Shown piece by piece: positions 34,235 to 45,378 of a DNA stretch of 64,000 nucleotides. How positions within the stretch are numbered: position 1 is the first letter of the stretch; every line of letters begins with the position of its first letter. The notes beneath the pieces are model-generated. The model was not told where the DNA came from and did not search any database. It was given only the letters and a program-made list of their open reading frames with translations. Origin of the DNA: an uncultured delta proteobacterium (GTDB taxonomy: Bacteria; Myxococcota_A; Polyangia; Polyangiales; B10-G4); contig CAVSGI010000010.1 of the NCBI GenBank assembly GCA_963727445.1, positions 128,001 through 192,000 on the forward strand. Direction: 5' to 3'. Position numbers and translations under genes: made by a program.

Positions 34235-35077
34235 CCGTCCTCCTCCGGCATCACGTAGTCATCGAGGGCCGACCCCGTCGAGCGGTTGTCGACGTTGGGC
34301 GCACCGCGGCGAGCGCGCACGTCGTCGAGGTGCACGACGCGGAAGTCCAGGCTGAAGCGCGTCGTGTCCTCGGTCTGCGGGCGCGTGGCGTGAAAATGCG
34401 CGCCGCTGAAGAGGAGGTTCTCCGCGCGCTTGCAGGAAAAGCCCACCGCCGCGCCCGGGTCGACCTCGCCTTTGACGCCGGGGTAGCGGGCGGTGAGCCC
34501 GTGGTCGCGATTCTGCCAGCCGATTCTTGAGATCCCATCCCTCCTTCACCCACCGGTCGTAGTCGAAGATCTCGGAGTCGTTCGGCACCGCCTCCTCGAA
34601 GCGCTCCGGGTAGAAGAGGAAGGTCTGCTCCTCCGGAAGGTCGTCCAGGGGGATCCACCAGGTAACGATGGACTGCGAGTGGCCGTACCAGGTGTCGCGG
34701 TGTGGGTAGTACACGGCCTTGGCCCGCGGATTGTGGTGGCCCCGATGCGTCACGACCCGGAGGCGCAAGGGATCGAAGGCGGAGCGATCGGGCGCGTACC
34801 CGTAGGCGGCGATCACCGCGCGGGCGAGGCGGTGGAAGCGCTCTTCGAGGAAGAGGATCCGGCGGATTCGCCCCACGTGCTCGAAGAGGGTCACGTCGTC
34901 GAAGCGCTCGTGGGCGCGGCGGGGCGCGTCGCCCAGATGCTCCCGCACCACCTCGTCCACCGCGTCGGCGAGGGCGACGGAGGCGTCGGTCGGCGCGAGC
35001 TGGAAGATCTCCCCGCGGTAGAGCGCCCCGCGCAGCGCGTCGGCGTCAGCCGGGGCCTGTTTGGAGAAGGTGCTCAT
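34231..35077 (-). CDS. 2OG/Fe(II)-dependent oxygenase-like (PhyH-type) protein, frameshift at about 34509-34526
   Basis: ATG 35077 overlaps the methyltransferase stop. HRD (HxD), 'TWWIPL', distal His in 'FSGAHFHAT', and 'RFSLDFR' in ORF 34231..34446. Confidence 0.7.
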
Positions 35078-35850
35078 GCGCGTACCTTCGGCTTCTCCGC
35101 GATCACGATGCAGCGAGGGCTCTCGAGCGTGAGCGCTTCGCCGTTCACGCTGCCGACGAAGCGAAGGCGACCGAAACCCACGCTCTCGAGGAGACGGCCG
35201 AGCTCGGGCGGCGTGTAGGCACGCACCTGGCTCTCGTGCTCGACCTCGCGCCCGTCCGCGAGCGCGTAGCGCCACACCTTGTGCATCACCCCAGCCGTCG
35301 CGTCGTAGCGGCTCCTGCGGGTCAGCCGAATCGGACCGAGGGCGGTATCGCGCTCGGTGACCACCTCGGGCAGGAAGCGGTGAAGGACGCCCGGAACGTT
35401 CATGGTGTCGAGGGCGAAGCGGCCTCCCGGAACGAGCGCCTCGAAGGCCCGCGCCAGCATGCGGGTGTTGTCCTCGTCGGCGCTGGCGTAGCCGAAGCTC
35501 GTCCACCAGTTGATCGCCCCATGGACCGGGCGCTCGGGGAGGAAGGTGAAAGCGTCGCCCGCCACGAGGCGTACCGAGAGCCCCTCGTCATCCGCGACGC
35601 GCTGCCCCCGGGCCGCGTATCCCTCGCCCAGATCCACGCCCACCACCTCGAAGCCCGCGCGCCCGAGCGGCACGGCGAGACTCCCGATCCCGCAGCATTG
35701 ATCGAAGATCCGATCCCCGGGCGAGACGTCGAGGGCGCCCGCGACGAAGCGCAGGGTCGCCTCCACCTCTGCGTCGTCCTTTCGTACCAGCAGCACCTCC
35801 GCCAACAGATCGTCGTAGAGGTCGTGCCACCAATCCTTCGCGTCGTTCAT
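35074..35850 (-). CDS. Class I SAM-dependent methyltransferase
   Basis: Motif I 'IFDQCCGIG', 'VVGVDL', 'WWTSFGY', 'ALVPGGRFALD'. Confidence 0.9.
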   Translation of the reverse strand: MNDAKDWWHDLYDDLLAEVLLVRKDDAEVEATLRFVAGALDVSPGDRIFDQCCGIGSLAVPLGRAGFEVVGVDLGEGYAARGQRVADDEGLSVRLVAGDAFTFLPERPVHGAINWWTSFGYASADEDNTRMLARAFEALVPGGRFALDTMNVPGVLHRFLPEVVTERDTALGPIRLTRRSRYDATAGVMHKVWRYALADGREVEHESQVRAYTPPELGRLLESVGFGRLRFVGSVNGEALTLESPRCIVIAEKPKVRA

Positions 35851-35858
35851 CGATGATC

Positions 35859-37789
35859 CTAAAGGGCAAAACGCGTGGCGAGGAGGCACGCGGTCAAGAG
35901 CAGAAAGAGAACGGGCTCGGCGCCTTTGCGTTCGCGCTCCGGTGCTCGGTCCAGCGCGTCGAGGAAGGCCGCGACCTTCTCTCGCTCGACGAAGGGGACG
36001 TCTTCGATGGCGGCGCTTCGGAGCACGTCGTGCACGAGGGCGCGACCTCGAGGTGTGGCGTGAAGCGTGAGCGGAGGTGCGAGGAAGGGGTGCTTTTCGC
36101 GCAGGCGCGTCTCTTCGGGGACCAGCCCGCGCGCGACCTCGCGCAGGGCGTGCTTCTCCACGCCGTTTCGGATCTTGGCGCCGATCGGCAGGTCCAGGGC
36201 GGCGCGGGCCAGGTGGTGATCGAGAAAGGGCGGCCGGCCTTCGATCGACGAGGCCATCTCGGTGGCGTCGCCGAGGGTCCTGAGGATGTAGCCGGCGAGG
36301 GCGAGCCGGGTCCAGAGGTAGGCGCTCTGGGCGACGGGGTGGCGGCCTTCGAGCTGACCCGCGACGTCGAGGGAACCGAGCAGCGCCCCGAGGCGCGCGC
36401 GCGCGATCTCTTCGGAGCCGCCCGCCGGGGACAAGAGCGATCGGAGCCGACGGCCGAAGTCGACCTTGGCCCGCAGGAAGGCGGGCACGGCGCCGAGGCG
36501 AGCGGCGAAGGGAGCGAGGAGCGGATCGGCGCCGCCGGCCGCCCCGGCGTGCGGGAGCATCACCCCGCGCGACGCCCCGTGACCCGCCCGCAGGCGCTGG
36601 CGAACGGCGACGCGCGCGGCTTCGGGGAGCGTCGCTTCGAGGTCGGCGAGCAGATGCGAATAGCCGTAGAAGAGCTCGTCCGCGCCTTCCCCGGTGAGCA
36701 CCACCGAAAAGCCCGCCTCCCGGATGGCGCGTGACAGAAGCAGCTTGGCCGGGAGCTGGCCGTTGATGGCCAGCCCCTCGCCGTGCGCGACGGCGTCGGG
36801 GAGGGCGTCTACCAGATCGTCCTGCGTCACCTCCACCGGGTGGTGGATCGCGCCGATGTGGTCGGCCGCGCGGAGGGCGGCGTCGCGTTCGTCGTAGGGC
36901 GGGTGCGCGAAGGCGACGCCGAAGGTGTGGATGGGCGCGTCCAGATGGCGGGCGGCGATGGCGCTCACCAGGCTCGAGTCGAGGCCGCCGCTCAGGGCGA
37001 AGGCCACGGGGACATCGGCGCGAAGGCGCACGCGCACCGCCTGGGGAGGGCGTCGACCGCGGCGCGGAGCGCGCCCGGGTCGTGCGCCTCGCCGCGCTCC
37101 TCCTCCGCGCGGAGCGGGAGGTCGAGATCCCAGTAGCGCTCGAGGCGCGGCGAGGCGCCGCGCTCCGCGATCAGCAGGTGGCCAGCCGGAACCTGCCGGA
37201 GGCCCGCGAAGAACGTGCAATCGGCGGGGAGGTATTGATGCGTACACGCCGAAAGGAACGCCTCGCTGTCCCACGCCGCGGGCACGCCCATGGCGAAGAG
37301 GGCCTTGGCCTCCGACGCGAGGAAGAGGCCGCGCGCGCTCTCTGCGTAGACGAGCGGCTTGATGCCGAAGCGATCCCGACCCGCGACCAGCCGCTGCCTC
37401 GGTTCGTCGAAGAGTACGAAAGCGAGCTCGCCTCGCAGCGCGTTCACGAAGTCGAGGCCGCGCTCCTCGTACAGATGCACCAGGACCTCGCTGTCGGATC
37501 CGGTGGCGAAGCGATGGCCCTGCTTCTCGAGCGCGCGGCGGAGGGCGGCGTAGCCGTAGATCTCGCCGTTGATTACGGCGTGTACCTTTCCGTCCTCGCT
37601 CGCGAGAGGCTGGCGTCCGTCGTCGGGGGCGATGATGGCGAGCCGGGTGTGACCGAGCCACAGCGCGCCGTCGTGCGTCGTCCACTCACCCTCACCGTCC
37701 GGGCCGCGGTGCGCGAGCGCTTGCAGCGTGTGGCGGCGTTCCTCGATGGACAGCGGCGCGCGGGTCCACGCTGCCGCCACCCCGCACAT
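35859..37789 (-). CDS. Asparagine synthase (glutamine-hydrolysing, AsnB-like) amidotransferase, frameshift at about 37045
   Basis: N-terminal MCG, HRGPD, GHTRLAII, NGEIY, RDRFGIKPL; then ALSGGLDSS, TGEGADE and RPPFLD in the second frame. Confidence 0.9.
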
Positions 37790-38727
37790 CAGGCGACCCC
37801 TTCAGGCCGGAGGAAGATCTTCTTCGACTCGTCCACTCGGGCGGCCGCGAAGGCTGCTTCGTAGTCGGCGAGCGGGTAGGAGGGGCCGACGAAATCGTCG
37901 AGGCCGAGGGAACCGCTCGCGATCATCGTTAGGGCGGCCGCCATGTCTCCGTAGGCGACGGCGCGGATGGTGATCTCCCGGGCCACCGCGCGCCGGAAGT
38001 CGAAGGGCACCTTGTCGGCGGGCCGGCTCTTGAGAACCAGCACGCCACCGGGGCGGAGCGCGTCGAGCGCGGCGTCGATGGCGTGCTCCGTCGGCGCCGT
38101 CTCGATCACGAAATCGACAGAGCAGGAGGCGAGGACATCCCGCTCTGGGTCGCGGATGGGCGCGTCGATGCCACGGGAGGCCAGAACTCGCCGCGTGAGC
38201 TCGGCGATCCGACCCGCGCCGAGGATCACACCCTTCGCGCCCTCCTTCAGCTCCGCGTCGAGCACCGCGAGGGAGGCGGCGACGGGCTCGGCATAGGCGC
38301 CGTGGGCGAAGGAGACGGAGTCGGGGAGCCGGTAGACTGCGCGCTGGGGCACGACCAGCCTGTCGGCAAAGGCGCCCTGGCGGTCGATGCCCAGCATCAC
38401 GCTCCGCTCGCATCGCCAGGGCGGCGCGCCTCGACCGCAGCTGGGACATCGGGCGCAGCCGACGATCGGAAAGACAGTCACGCGCTCGCCCGGCCGAAAG
38501 CGCGTCACCTTCGCGCCGACCCCCGTCACCCGCCCGGCGAGCTCGTGACCGAGCACGCGCCCCGAGGCGGTACGGATGCGGCCGGCGGCGGCGTGGAGAT
38601 CCGTCCGGCAGATGCCGGCCAAGACGACGGCGATCTCCACGTCGCCCGCCTCCGTCATCGACACGAAGGGCGCAAGGCGAAGCGCCCCATCCCCCGTCGT
38701 CATCAGCCCCCTTCTGCTAGGTGTCAT
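37789..38727 (-). CDS. Zinc-dependent medium-chain alcohol dehydrogenase family protein
   Basis: GICRTD, GHE, structural Zn CARCPSC...C, degenerate GAGRIA. Stop overlaps the asnB-like start (TGATG). Alternative start 38703. Confidence 0.85.
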   Translation of the reverse strand: MTPSRRGLMTTGDGALRLAPFVSMTEAGDVEIAVVLAGICRTDLHAAAGRIRTASGRVLGHELAGRVTGVGAKVTRFRPGERVTVFPIVGCARCPSCGRGAPPWRCERSVMLGIDRQGAFADRLVVPQRAVYRLPDSVSFAHGAYAEPVAASLAVLDAELKEGAKGVILGAGRIAELTRRVLASRGIDAPIRDPERDVLASCSVDFVIETAPTEHAIDAALDALRPGGVLVLKSRPADKVPFDFRRAVAREITIRAVAYGDMAAALTMIASGSLGLDDFVGPSYPLADYEAAFAAARVDESKKIFLRPEGVA

Positions 38728-38736
38728 TTGTACACT

Positions 38737-38765
38737 AAGCTGGGCCGGGATGCCGGCGCTGTCAA
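38737..38765 (-). promoter_or_regulatory. Candidate sigma70 promoter for the six-gene operon
   Basis: Minus strand TTGACA (38765-38760), N17, CAGCTT (38742-38737). Perfect -35, weak -10. Confidence 0.4.
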
Positions 38766-38784
38766 CCCCCACTGTCTCACCCCC

Positions 38785-39435
38785 TCAGACTTCCAGGTCG
38801 AGACCCACGGGGCAGGACAGTCCCGTTCCCCCGAGCCCGCAATAGCCGTTCGGATTCTTCGCGAGGTACTGCTGGTGGTAGGCCTCGGCGAAGTAGAAGG
38901 GACCGGCGTCCACGATCTCGGTGGTGATCTCGCCGTAGCCCGCGTTCGTGAGGACTTCCTGATAGGCCTTCTTCGAGGCCTCGGCCGCCTTGCGTTGCGC
39001 CTCGTCGTGGACGTAGATGCCGGAGCGGTACTGGGTCCCCCGGTCGTTGCCCTGTCGCATGCCCTGGGTGGGATCGTGATTCTCCCAGAAGACCGCGAGG
39101 AGCTCTTCGAAGCTGATGACCTTCGGGTCGTAGACCACGCGCACCACCTCGTTGTGGCCGGTCATGCCGGAGCACACCTCTTCGTAGGTGGGGTTCTTGG
39201 TGTGGCCCGCGCTGTAGCCCGCGGCGGTGCTGATCACGCCTTCGGTCTGCCAGAACTTCCGCTCGGCACCCCAGAAGCACCCGAGACCGAAGACGGCCAC
39301 CTCGGCCCCTTCGGGGACGTCGACGAGCGAGGCGCCGTTCACGAAGTGCTCGCTCGGCACGGGCATCGCGTCGTCACGGCCGGGGAGGGCCTCGCCGGCG
39401 CTGGGCATCTTCATCTTCTTATCGAGGGAGAACAT
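38785..39435 (-). CDS. msrA: Peptide-methionine (S)-S-oxide reductase
   Basis: [57 protein letters not shown]. Confidence 0.97.
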   Translation of the reverse strand: MFSLDKKMKMPSAGEALPGRDDAMPVPSEHFVNGASLVDVPEGAEVAVFGLGCFWGAERKFWQTEGVISTAAGYSAGHTKNPTYEEVCSGMTGHNEVVRVVYDPKVISFEELLAVFWENHDPTQGMRQGNDRGTQYRSGIYVHDEAQRKAAEASKKAYQEVLTNAGYGEITTEIVDAGPFYFAEAYHQQYLAKNPNGYCGLGGTGLSCPVGLDLEV

Positions 39436-39473
39436 GTCGGGTCCTTTTGAGCTGTGGCGAAGGCTCGGTTCCG

Positions 39474-40943
39474 TCAAGCGCTCGCTTCACCGAAGGCCTT
39501 CCGCGTCAGCTCTGCCGCGGCCTCGGGAGTGGCGAAGCTGACGCCCACCGCGGCGACGACGCCCGCGAGGAGCGCCCAGAATACCGGCAGGAAACCCGCG
39601 AGCGGAAGGACCCCCATGACGCCCAGGCCGTAGACCAGATTCCCCACCAGGATCGAGGCCGCCGCGCCCCCAGCGGTGAAGCGGCGCCAGCGGACGCCGA
39701 GAAAGAGGGTGGGGACCAGGGTGACGTATCCGGAGAACGCGATCCGCGCGATGCCGAAGACGGTGTCTCCCCAGGCCAGGGACAGGAGGTAGACGGTGGC
39801 GGCGACCACTAGACCGAAGATCCGCCCCACGCGCACGTCGCGGCCGGCGACGTCCGTGGGCCAGAGCTGGTCGAGGACGTCGCGGGTGAGCATCGAGCCG
39901 AGGGTGAGGATCTGCGCGTCGAGGGTCGACATCACGGCCGCGAGCACCGCCAAGAAACCGAAGGCCGCGAGCCAGGGTGGCAGGTGTCCGGTGATCATCT
40001 TCGCGAAGATGCTGTCGACGCTCGGCCCTTCGAGACCGGGATAGGCCGCCGCGCCCCAGAAGCCGATCATCACCACCGGCAGCCAGAGGAGGATCAGCGC
40101 GATGGGATAGATGCGCGACGCGCCCACCAGCGCGCGTTCGCTCTTGCCCGCCATGAGCCGCACCAGCATGTGCGGGAAGGCGATCACCGTCAGCGTGATC
40201 GCCAGGCCCCAGCTGGTCCACGCGCGCGGCTCGAAGAGCCCCACGCGATCGATGCGGACCAGGGAGGGGTCCTGCTCCAGCACCGCCTGACTCGCTGCAT
40301 CGAAGCCACCGAGGTCCGCGGGGATCAGGAAGAAAGCGATGAGAACGAAGAGCAGGAAGATCAGTCCCTGTACGACGTTGGTCCATGCGGTCGCGCGCAT
40401 TCCACCGAGGGTGGTGTAGACGAGCGCGACCACGGTGACCGCGGCGGCGCCGGCCCAGTCCGGGATCGCGCCCGCGCTCACGCCGGACAGGGTGATGGTC
40501 GCGCCTTTCACGGCGGTGACCATGTAGGGGAGCGTGTAGAGCGTGAAGAAGGCGAAGAGCAGATAGCCCACCTTCGGCGAGCCGAAGCGCCGGGCGTAGA
40601 GCTCGGCGGGCGTGAGCGCGCCGATGCGCGCCGCCATGCGCCGCGCGGGCGAGCCGATCGCCCAGAAGGTGAGCGGGATGCCGAGGGCGATGATCGGGGC
40701 ATTGACGCCGAAGGTCCCGATGCCGTCGCCGTAGGCCTTGGCCGGGATGCCCACCAGCACGAAGGCGGTGGCGTTGGTGCCGAAGAGCGCCATGAAGAGC
40801 ACCAACGTCCCGAGGCCGCGCCCCGCGAGGAAGTACTCCTCGGGTGAGGCCGCCGACTTGCGGGTGGCGGCCGCGCCGACGCCGATCACGACGACCACGT
40901 AGATCGCGCTCACCACCAAGAGCGGCGTCAGGACCTCATTCAT
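39474..40943 (-). CDS. Sodium:solute symporter (SSS) family transporter
   Basis: About 13 TMs, [28 protein letters not shown]. Confidence 0.92.
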   Translation of the reverse strand: MNEVLTPLLVVSAIYVVVVIGVGAAATRKSAASPEEYFLAGRGLGTLVLFMALFGTNATAFVLVGIPAKAYGDGIGTFGVNAPIIALGIPLTFWAIGSPARRMAARIGALTPAELYARRFGSPKVGYLLFAFFTLYTLPYMVTAVKGATITLSGVSAGAIPDWAGAAAVTVVALVYTTLGGMRATAWTNVVQGLIFLLFVLIAFFLIPADLGGFDAASQAVLEQDPSLVRIDRVGLFEPRAWTSWGLAITLTVIAFPHMLVRLMAGKSERALVGASRIYPIALILLWLPVVMIGFWGAAAYPGLEGPSVDSIFAKMITGHLPPWLAAFGFLAVLAAVMSTLDAQILTLGSMLTRDVLDQLWPTDVAGRDVRVGRIFGLVVAATVYLLSLAWGDTVFGIARIAFSGYVTLVPTLFLGVRWRRFTAGGAAASILVGNLVYGLGVMGVLPLAGFLPVFWALLAGVVAAVGVSFATPEAAAELTRKAFGEASA

Positions 40944-41145
40944 CCTCGCGTGTCTCCCAGATCGCGCGGGTGAACCAGAAGAGGTAGACGGCGGCGAGGA
41001 TCATCCAGAGCAGGCGATAGGCGAGGTCCTCGGGCATCCAGCCAAGGACCAGGCGCGCCTCTTGTGGGCGGAAGAAGTCGTGATGCAGACCCATCAGCAG
41101 CCCGAATCCCAGCCACGCGAGCCAGCGTTTCGTTCGGCGGGTCAT
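40936..41145 (-). CDS. Small two-TM SSS partner protein (DUF3311-like)
   Basis: 69 aa, 'LHHDF', 'LGWMP'. Overlaps the SSS start. Confidence 0.75.
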   Translation of the reverse strand: MTRRTKRWLAWLGFGLLMGLHHDFFRPQEARLVLGWMPEDLAYRLLWMILAAVYLFWFTRAIWETREDE

Positions 41146-41164
41146 GCGGGCGAGCCCACGAAGC

Positions 41165-42790
41165 TCAGCCCCAGGGCAGGGGATAGGCGAAGCGCGCGTA
41201 CGGGCGGCGGGGCTTCTGCTGCAGCTCGAGCTCCGAAAGAAGGAGCGCCGGGCTCACCGTGGTCACCGGGACGTCGCCCGACTCGGCGCCGCAGAAGGCG
41301 TTGTCGACGTGGCGCCGCCTGCCTGCGGCGAGGATGCCGCGCACCGCGTTGAGCGGTGTGCCGACGAAGTCGACGCCGCGCACCAGCTCCTCGCGGCCGT
41401 CCGGATAGACACGCGATGCGAGGTCGATCTGGCCGAGGAAGGCTTGGAAGTTGTAGCTGTCGGTGGCGGTCTCGCCGCCCGAGGCGTCGAGGATGCGGAT
41501 CCCGTAGGGCACCTGCTGCGCCTCGATCTCGGCGAGGAAGGCGCGCCGGAGCTCGGCGTCCGACAGGCCGTCGCGGGACTCGAGGACGGTCACGCCCATC
41601 CGGCTCATCGCCCGCGCGTGATAGCGGCTGCGACCGTGTCCGTTGCTGCGGTGCCTCTTGCCGATAGGAGAGCGCGAGGTGAGGAAGCCGACGAGCTCGC
41701 CGTCCTCGACAAGCGTCGCGCGCTGTGCCTCGACGCCTTCGTCGTCGAACGCGTACCGACCGGCGAGGGAGCGCCCGTCGATCCGCTCGACGGAGGGGTC
41801 GTCCCAGACGTCGAAGCCCTCGGGGAGGATGGCTTCGCCCTTCGAATCGCGGAAGGTCTGTCCTTCGCCGGGGCTCAAGAGGCGGTTGCCTTCGAGGCGG
41901 TGGCCGATCGCTTCGTGGACCAACAGGCCCGCGGGACGCGGCGACAGGAGCACCGGCCCGCTGTACGCGCTGATGGGGGGCGCAGCGGCGAGCTTCGCCA
42001 TCTGGTCGTGCATCTGGCGCACGATGCGCTTGCCTTCGCGCAGGTCGGGGAGCTCGGCGGGATCGGTGACGAAGAAGCTCTGCGCGCGAGGATGCGACTC
42101 TCCGTCGTCAGACAGGTACCAGAGGTAGATCTCGAGGGTCCAGAAGGGGATCCCCTCCACCAGGAGCGAGCCCTCGGAGCTCACGAAGGTGCGCGTCTGA
42201 TTTCGCGCCGTGAGCTTCACCGAGCCGTTCTTGACGTTCGGGTACTTCTTCATCTCGCGCGAGGTATCGAGGACGAACTTTCGCCACGCGTCCAGGTCGA
42301 CCTCGGGGAGCTCTCGGTAGTGGATCTTCTTGCGCCCGGAGCGCTTCTCGAAGCTCTTGAGCCCTTCGTTCGGGTTCTTGTAGGTGAGCTCGACGCTCTT
42401 GCGCTGGAGGTACTGGTCGAGGGCTTCGCGGTAGCGCGCCTCGGTCAGGCGCCACAGCGCGTGCTTCAGGCCGTCGGAGGAGCCGCCGATGGGCATCTCC
42501 ACGTAGCCATAGGACTCGGTCTCCCGGCGGTTGTCGTGCAGGCCGCCCTCCTGAACCTGGTCGTAGCCGTAGCTGCCGACCCGGACGTCCGCCAGGCAGT
42601 TGCGGCGCTTCTGATGGGACTCCTCGAAGAGCGCGCCGAAGCGGCCGTCGAGGATCCACAGCTCTTCGTCGCGGAGGAGATAGCTGAGGTAGTGGGCGCG
42701 TGGGTGCCCCGGATAGCGCATCCGCTTCCGGGCGCGCGCCAGCTCGGCTTCGAGGTCGCGTGCGGCGCGCGTGATGTCTGCTCGGCTCAA
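41165..42790 (-). CDS. TldD/PmbA-family metallopeptidase
   Basis: [23 protein letters not shown]-terminal 'CGAESG.VPV...SPALL'. Start estimated at TTG 42790. Confidence 0.85.
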   Translation of the reverse strand: MSRADITRAARDLEAELARARKRMRYPGHPRAHYLSYLLRDEELWILDGRFGALFEESHQKRRNCLADVRVGSYGYDQVQEGGLHDNRRETESYGYVEMPIGGSSDGLKHALWRLTEARYREALDQYLQRKSVELTYKNPNEGLKSFEKRSGRKKIHYRELPEVDLDAWRKFVLDTSREMKKYPNVKNGSVKLTARNQTRTFVSSEGSLLVEGIPFWTLEIYLWYLSDDGESHPRAQSFFVTDPAELPDLREGKRIVRQMHDQMAKLAAAPPISAYSGPVLLSPRPAGLLVHEAIGHRLEGNRLLSPGEGQTFRDSKGEAILPEGFDVWDDPSVERIDGRSLAGRYAFDDEGVEAQRATLVEDGELVGFLTSRSPIGKRHRSNGHGRSRYHARAMSRMGVTVLESRDGLSDAELRRAFLAEIEAQQVPYGIRILDASGGETATDSYNFQAFLGQIDLASRVYPDGREELVRGVDFVGTPLNAVRGILAAGRRRHVDNAFCGAESGDVPVTTVSPALLLSELELQQKPRRPYARFAYPLPWG

Positions 42791-42878
42791 AAGAAGGACC
42801 TCGGCTTCGAAGGGGGGCGGAGTATACGCGGCGCCGCCCACTCGACAACCGGCCTCTGTGGCCACAGCTTCCTTCGGG

Positions 42879-44153
42879 TTGGCCGAGGACGAGCACATCC
42901 CCCGCGGACGGCTGCGGCGCCTCGCGGCGCTGGCCCGTGCCGGCGCGCGCGTGGGCGCGAATGCGGTCACGGGTCGGGAGCCCGACGCGGCGGTGAAAAA
43001 AGCGGCGGAGGCGCTCGGCACCCTTCGCGGTGTGGCGGCCAAGGTGGGGCAGATGGCTGCCTACGTCGACGGCCTGGTGCCGGAGCATCAGCGGGACGCG
43101 TACGAGACGTGGATGTCGCGTCTGATGGCGGCGACCCCGCCGAGCTCGCCCGAGGCCGTCAGGCGCACGCTCGAAGAGGAGCTCGGCGCGCCGGCTTCGG
43201 AGCTCTTCGCGTCCTTCGACGAGACCCCCCTCGCCAGCGCCTCCATCGGCCAGGTCCATCGCGCCGTGCTCCACGACGGCCGCGAGGTGGCGGTCAAGGT
43301 GCAGCACGACGGGGTGGCGGCCGCCGTCGAATCGGACCTCGAGAACGCGGGGTTCATCGAACGCACAGTCAATCTCTCCGGTGCGACGCGAAAGCTCGAG
43401 ACGCGCCGGGTATACGAGCAGATCCGTGCCCGCTTCACCGAGGAGCTCGACTATCGCCTGGAGGCCGAGCGACAGCGCTTGTTCGCCGAGATCCACGCGG
43501 ACGAGCCGCGGGTTCGGGTCCCCGAAGTGATCGCGGACCGCTCCGCCCGCCGCGTGCTCACCACCGAGCTGGTCACGGGGATGACCTTCGACGAAGCGAT
43601 CGATGCGCCGCTCGCCGACCGACAGGCGTGGGCCGAAACCCTTTGGCACTTCGTCTTCAAGGGCACGCTCCTCGGCGGCGTCTTCAACGCCGACCCGCAC
43701 CCGAGAAACTACTTCTTCTCTCCCGAGGGCGAGGTGTGGTTCATCGACTTCGGCTGCGTCCAGGTGCTGGACGAAGGCCATCGCGGTCACGCGCGCACGA
43801 TGCACGAGGCCGCCATCGCCGGTGATCGAGCGTCCTTCGACGACGGGGTGCGTGGGCTGCTCGATCTACGGGGCGGACGATACGAGGAGCGCGCGCTCGA
43901 TTACGTACGCGAAGCGTTCCGTCCGCTCAGCGAGAGCCCCTATCGAATCACGCGCGCTTGGGTCGCAGAGCTCGTGCGGACCTTCCGCGAGATCGCCAAG
44001 CGCTCGGTGACCGAGAAAGACGACGATTTCGTGGCGATTCCCGATGGGATGTTCTTCATGAACCGTCTGCAATTCGGCTTCTACAGTGTCATCGCGCGGC
44101 TCGATTGCGAGGTCGATTTCGCCGCAGTAGAGCGGCGTTTTCTACTACCCTGA
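42879..44153 (+). CDS. AarF/ABC1/UbiB-family atypical kinase
   Basis: [44 protein letters not shown]. Start estimated. Confidence 0.9.
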   Translation: MAEDEHIPRGRLRRLAALARAGARVGANAVTGREPDAAVKKAAEALGTLRGVAAKVGQMAAYVDGLVPEHQRDAYETWMSRLMAATPPSSPEAVRRTLEEELGAPASELFASFDETPLASASIGQVHRAVLHDGREVAVKVQHDGVAAAVESDLENAGFIERTVNLSGATRKLETRRVYEQIRARFTEELDYRLEAERQRLFAEIHADEPRVRVPEVIADRSARRVLTTELVTGMTFDEAIDAPLADRQAWAETLWHFVFKGTLLGGVFNADPHPRNYFFSPEGEVWFIDFGCVQVLDEGHRGHARTMHEAAIAGDRASFDDGVRGLLDLRGGRYEERALDYVREAFRPLSESPYRITRAWVAELVRTFREIAKRSVTEKDDDFVAIPDGMFFMNRLQFGFYSVIARLDCEVDFAAVERRFLLP

Positions 44154-44157
44154 GCCC

Positions 44158-45378
44158 GTGGCGAACGTTCTCGCACCCGCTGCGGACCCGCTCGAAGGCA
44201 GAGAGATCGCGGGGGGCAAGTACCGGCTCGAGAAGTACCGAACGAGTGACGAGCTCGGCCGCCTCTATCTGGCGCGGCATCTCAAGCTCGAGCGAACGGT
44301 GATCGTTCGACTCCTTCACGGCTCGCATCTGTCGGACGAGCAGCTGGTGATGCGCTTCAACCGCGCCGGTCAGGCGGCGAGCCGCGTACGGCATCCCAAC
44401 GTGGTCGACGTGGTGGACCTCGGTGAGGAGCCCGACGGCACGCTCTACCTCGTCTCCGAGTACATCGAAGGAAGGACCCTCGCCGAGATCGTCGCTCAAG
44501 AAGGCCCGCTGCCGGCCTATCGCGTGGTCGACCTCGTGCGGCAGGTCGCGGCCGCGCTCCACCAGGCGCACACCCACGGGGTGATCCATCGTGACCTCAA
44601 GCCGGAGATCGTGCTGGTCATCGACCGGGAGTCGGACGACGGCGAGCTGATGGAGGTGGTGAAGGTCCTCGACTTCGGTGTGGCCAAGATCCAGAAGCCC
44701 GTGGATACAGGCGACAACCCGCGGCACATGACCATCGAGATGATCTCGGGCCGACCCGAATTCATGTCGCCGGAGCAGTGCAACGGTCTCAAGCTCGATG
44801 CCCGCTCCGACCTCTACGCGATGGGCTGCCTCGCCTATTTCCTGGCGACCGGTCAGCCGCCATTCTCGGGCGGCGGGCTCCTCGAGATTCTGATGCGTCA
44901 GGTGAAGGAACAGCCGGCGCCCCCCAGCAAGCACGTCGACTCCATCCCCGCCTCGCTCGAGGCGATCATCCTCAAGCTCCTGGCCAAGCGTCCCGACGAC
45001 CGCTTCCAATCGGCGCGCGAGCTTCGCTATGCGCTCGCGCAGCTCCACCTGCCGCGCCCGGCGGGTCGGAGCATCGACGTCGACCCCACCGGGGCGACGA
45101 CGCAGATGGAGAGCCCCCCGGTATCGCTCGCCTCCGCGGGCGAGGCGGATACGCCGGCGGAGATCCCCATGCCGCCGCGGCGCGAGCGGCAGAAGAAGAC
45201 CTACGTGATGGAGCGGCCGGCCTCGCTGGAGCCCAAGAAGAAGCGCGCCTCGGGCTCCGCGACCAAGATGATGATCGCCGCCGTCGTCTTCGCCATCGCG
45301 ATCGGCGTGGGCGCCGGGCTTCTCTTCGGCCAGATGTACGAGCCCGCCGAGGGCGCGGCCGAGGTCCCGTCTCAGTGA
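44158..45378 (+). CDS. Ser/Thr kinase-like protein with degenerate catalytic motifs (probable pseudokinase) and a C-terminal TM
   Basis: Kinase fold with HRDLKPE, DFG, SPE and SDLY, but no Gly-loop, VIVR in place of VAIK, and no catalytic-loop Asn. Confidence 0.8.
   Translation: MANVLAPAADPLEGREIAGGKYRLEKYRTSDELGRLYLARHLKLERTVIVRLLHGSHLSDEQLVMRFNRAGQAASRVRHPNVVDVVDLGEEPDGTLYLVSEYIEGRTLAEIVAQEGPLPAYRVVDLVRQVAAALHQAHTHGVIHRDLKPEIVLVIDRESDDGELMEVVKVLDFGVAKIQKPVDTGDNPRHMTIEMISGRPEFMSPEQCNGLKLDARSDLYAMGCLAYFLATGQPPFSGGGLLEILMRQVKEQPAPPSKHVDSIPASLEAIILKLLAKRPDDRFQSARELRYALAQLHLPRPAGRSIDVDPTGATTQMESPPVSLASAGEADTPAEIPMPPRRERQKKTYVMERPASLEPKKKRASGSATKMMIAAVVFAIAIGVGAGLLFGQMYEPAEGAAEVPSQ

Noticed and set aside
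35859..42790. AsnB-like plus TldD as a lasso-peptide or other RiPP cluster
   Set aside because: The AsnB-like protein keeps the N-terminal Cys glutaminase domain, and no precursor peptide, RRE, B2 protease or YcaO gene is visible.
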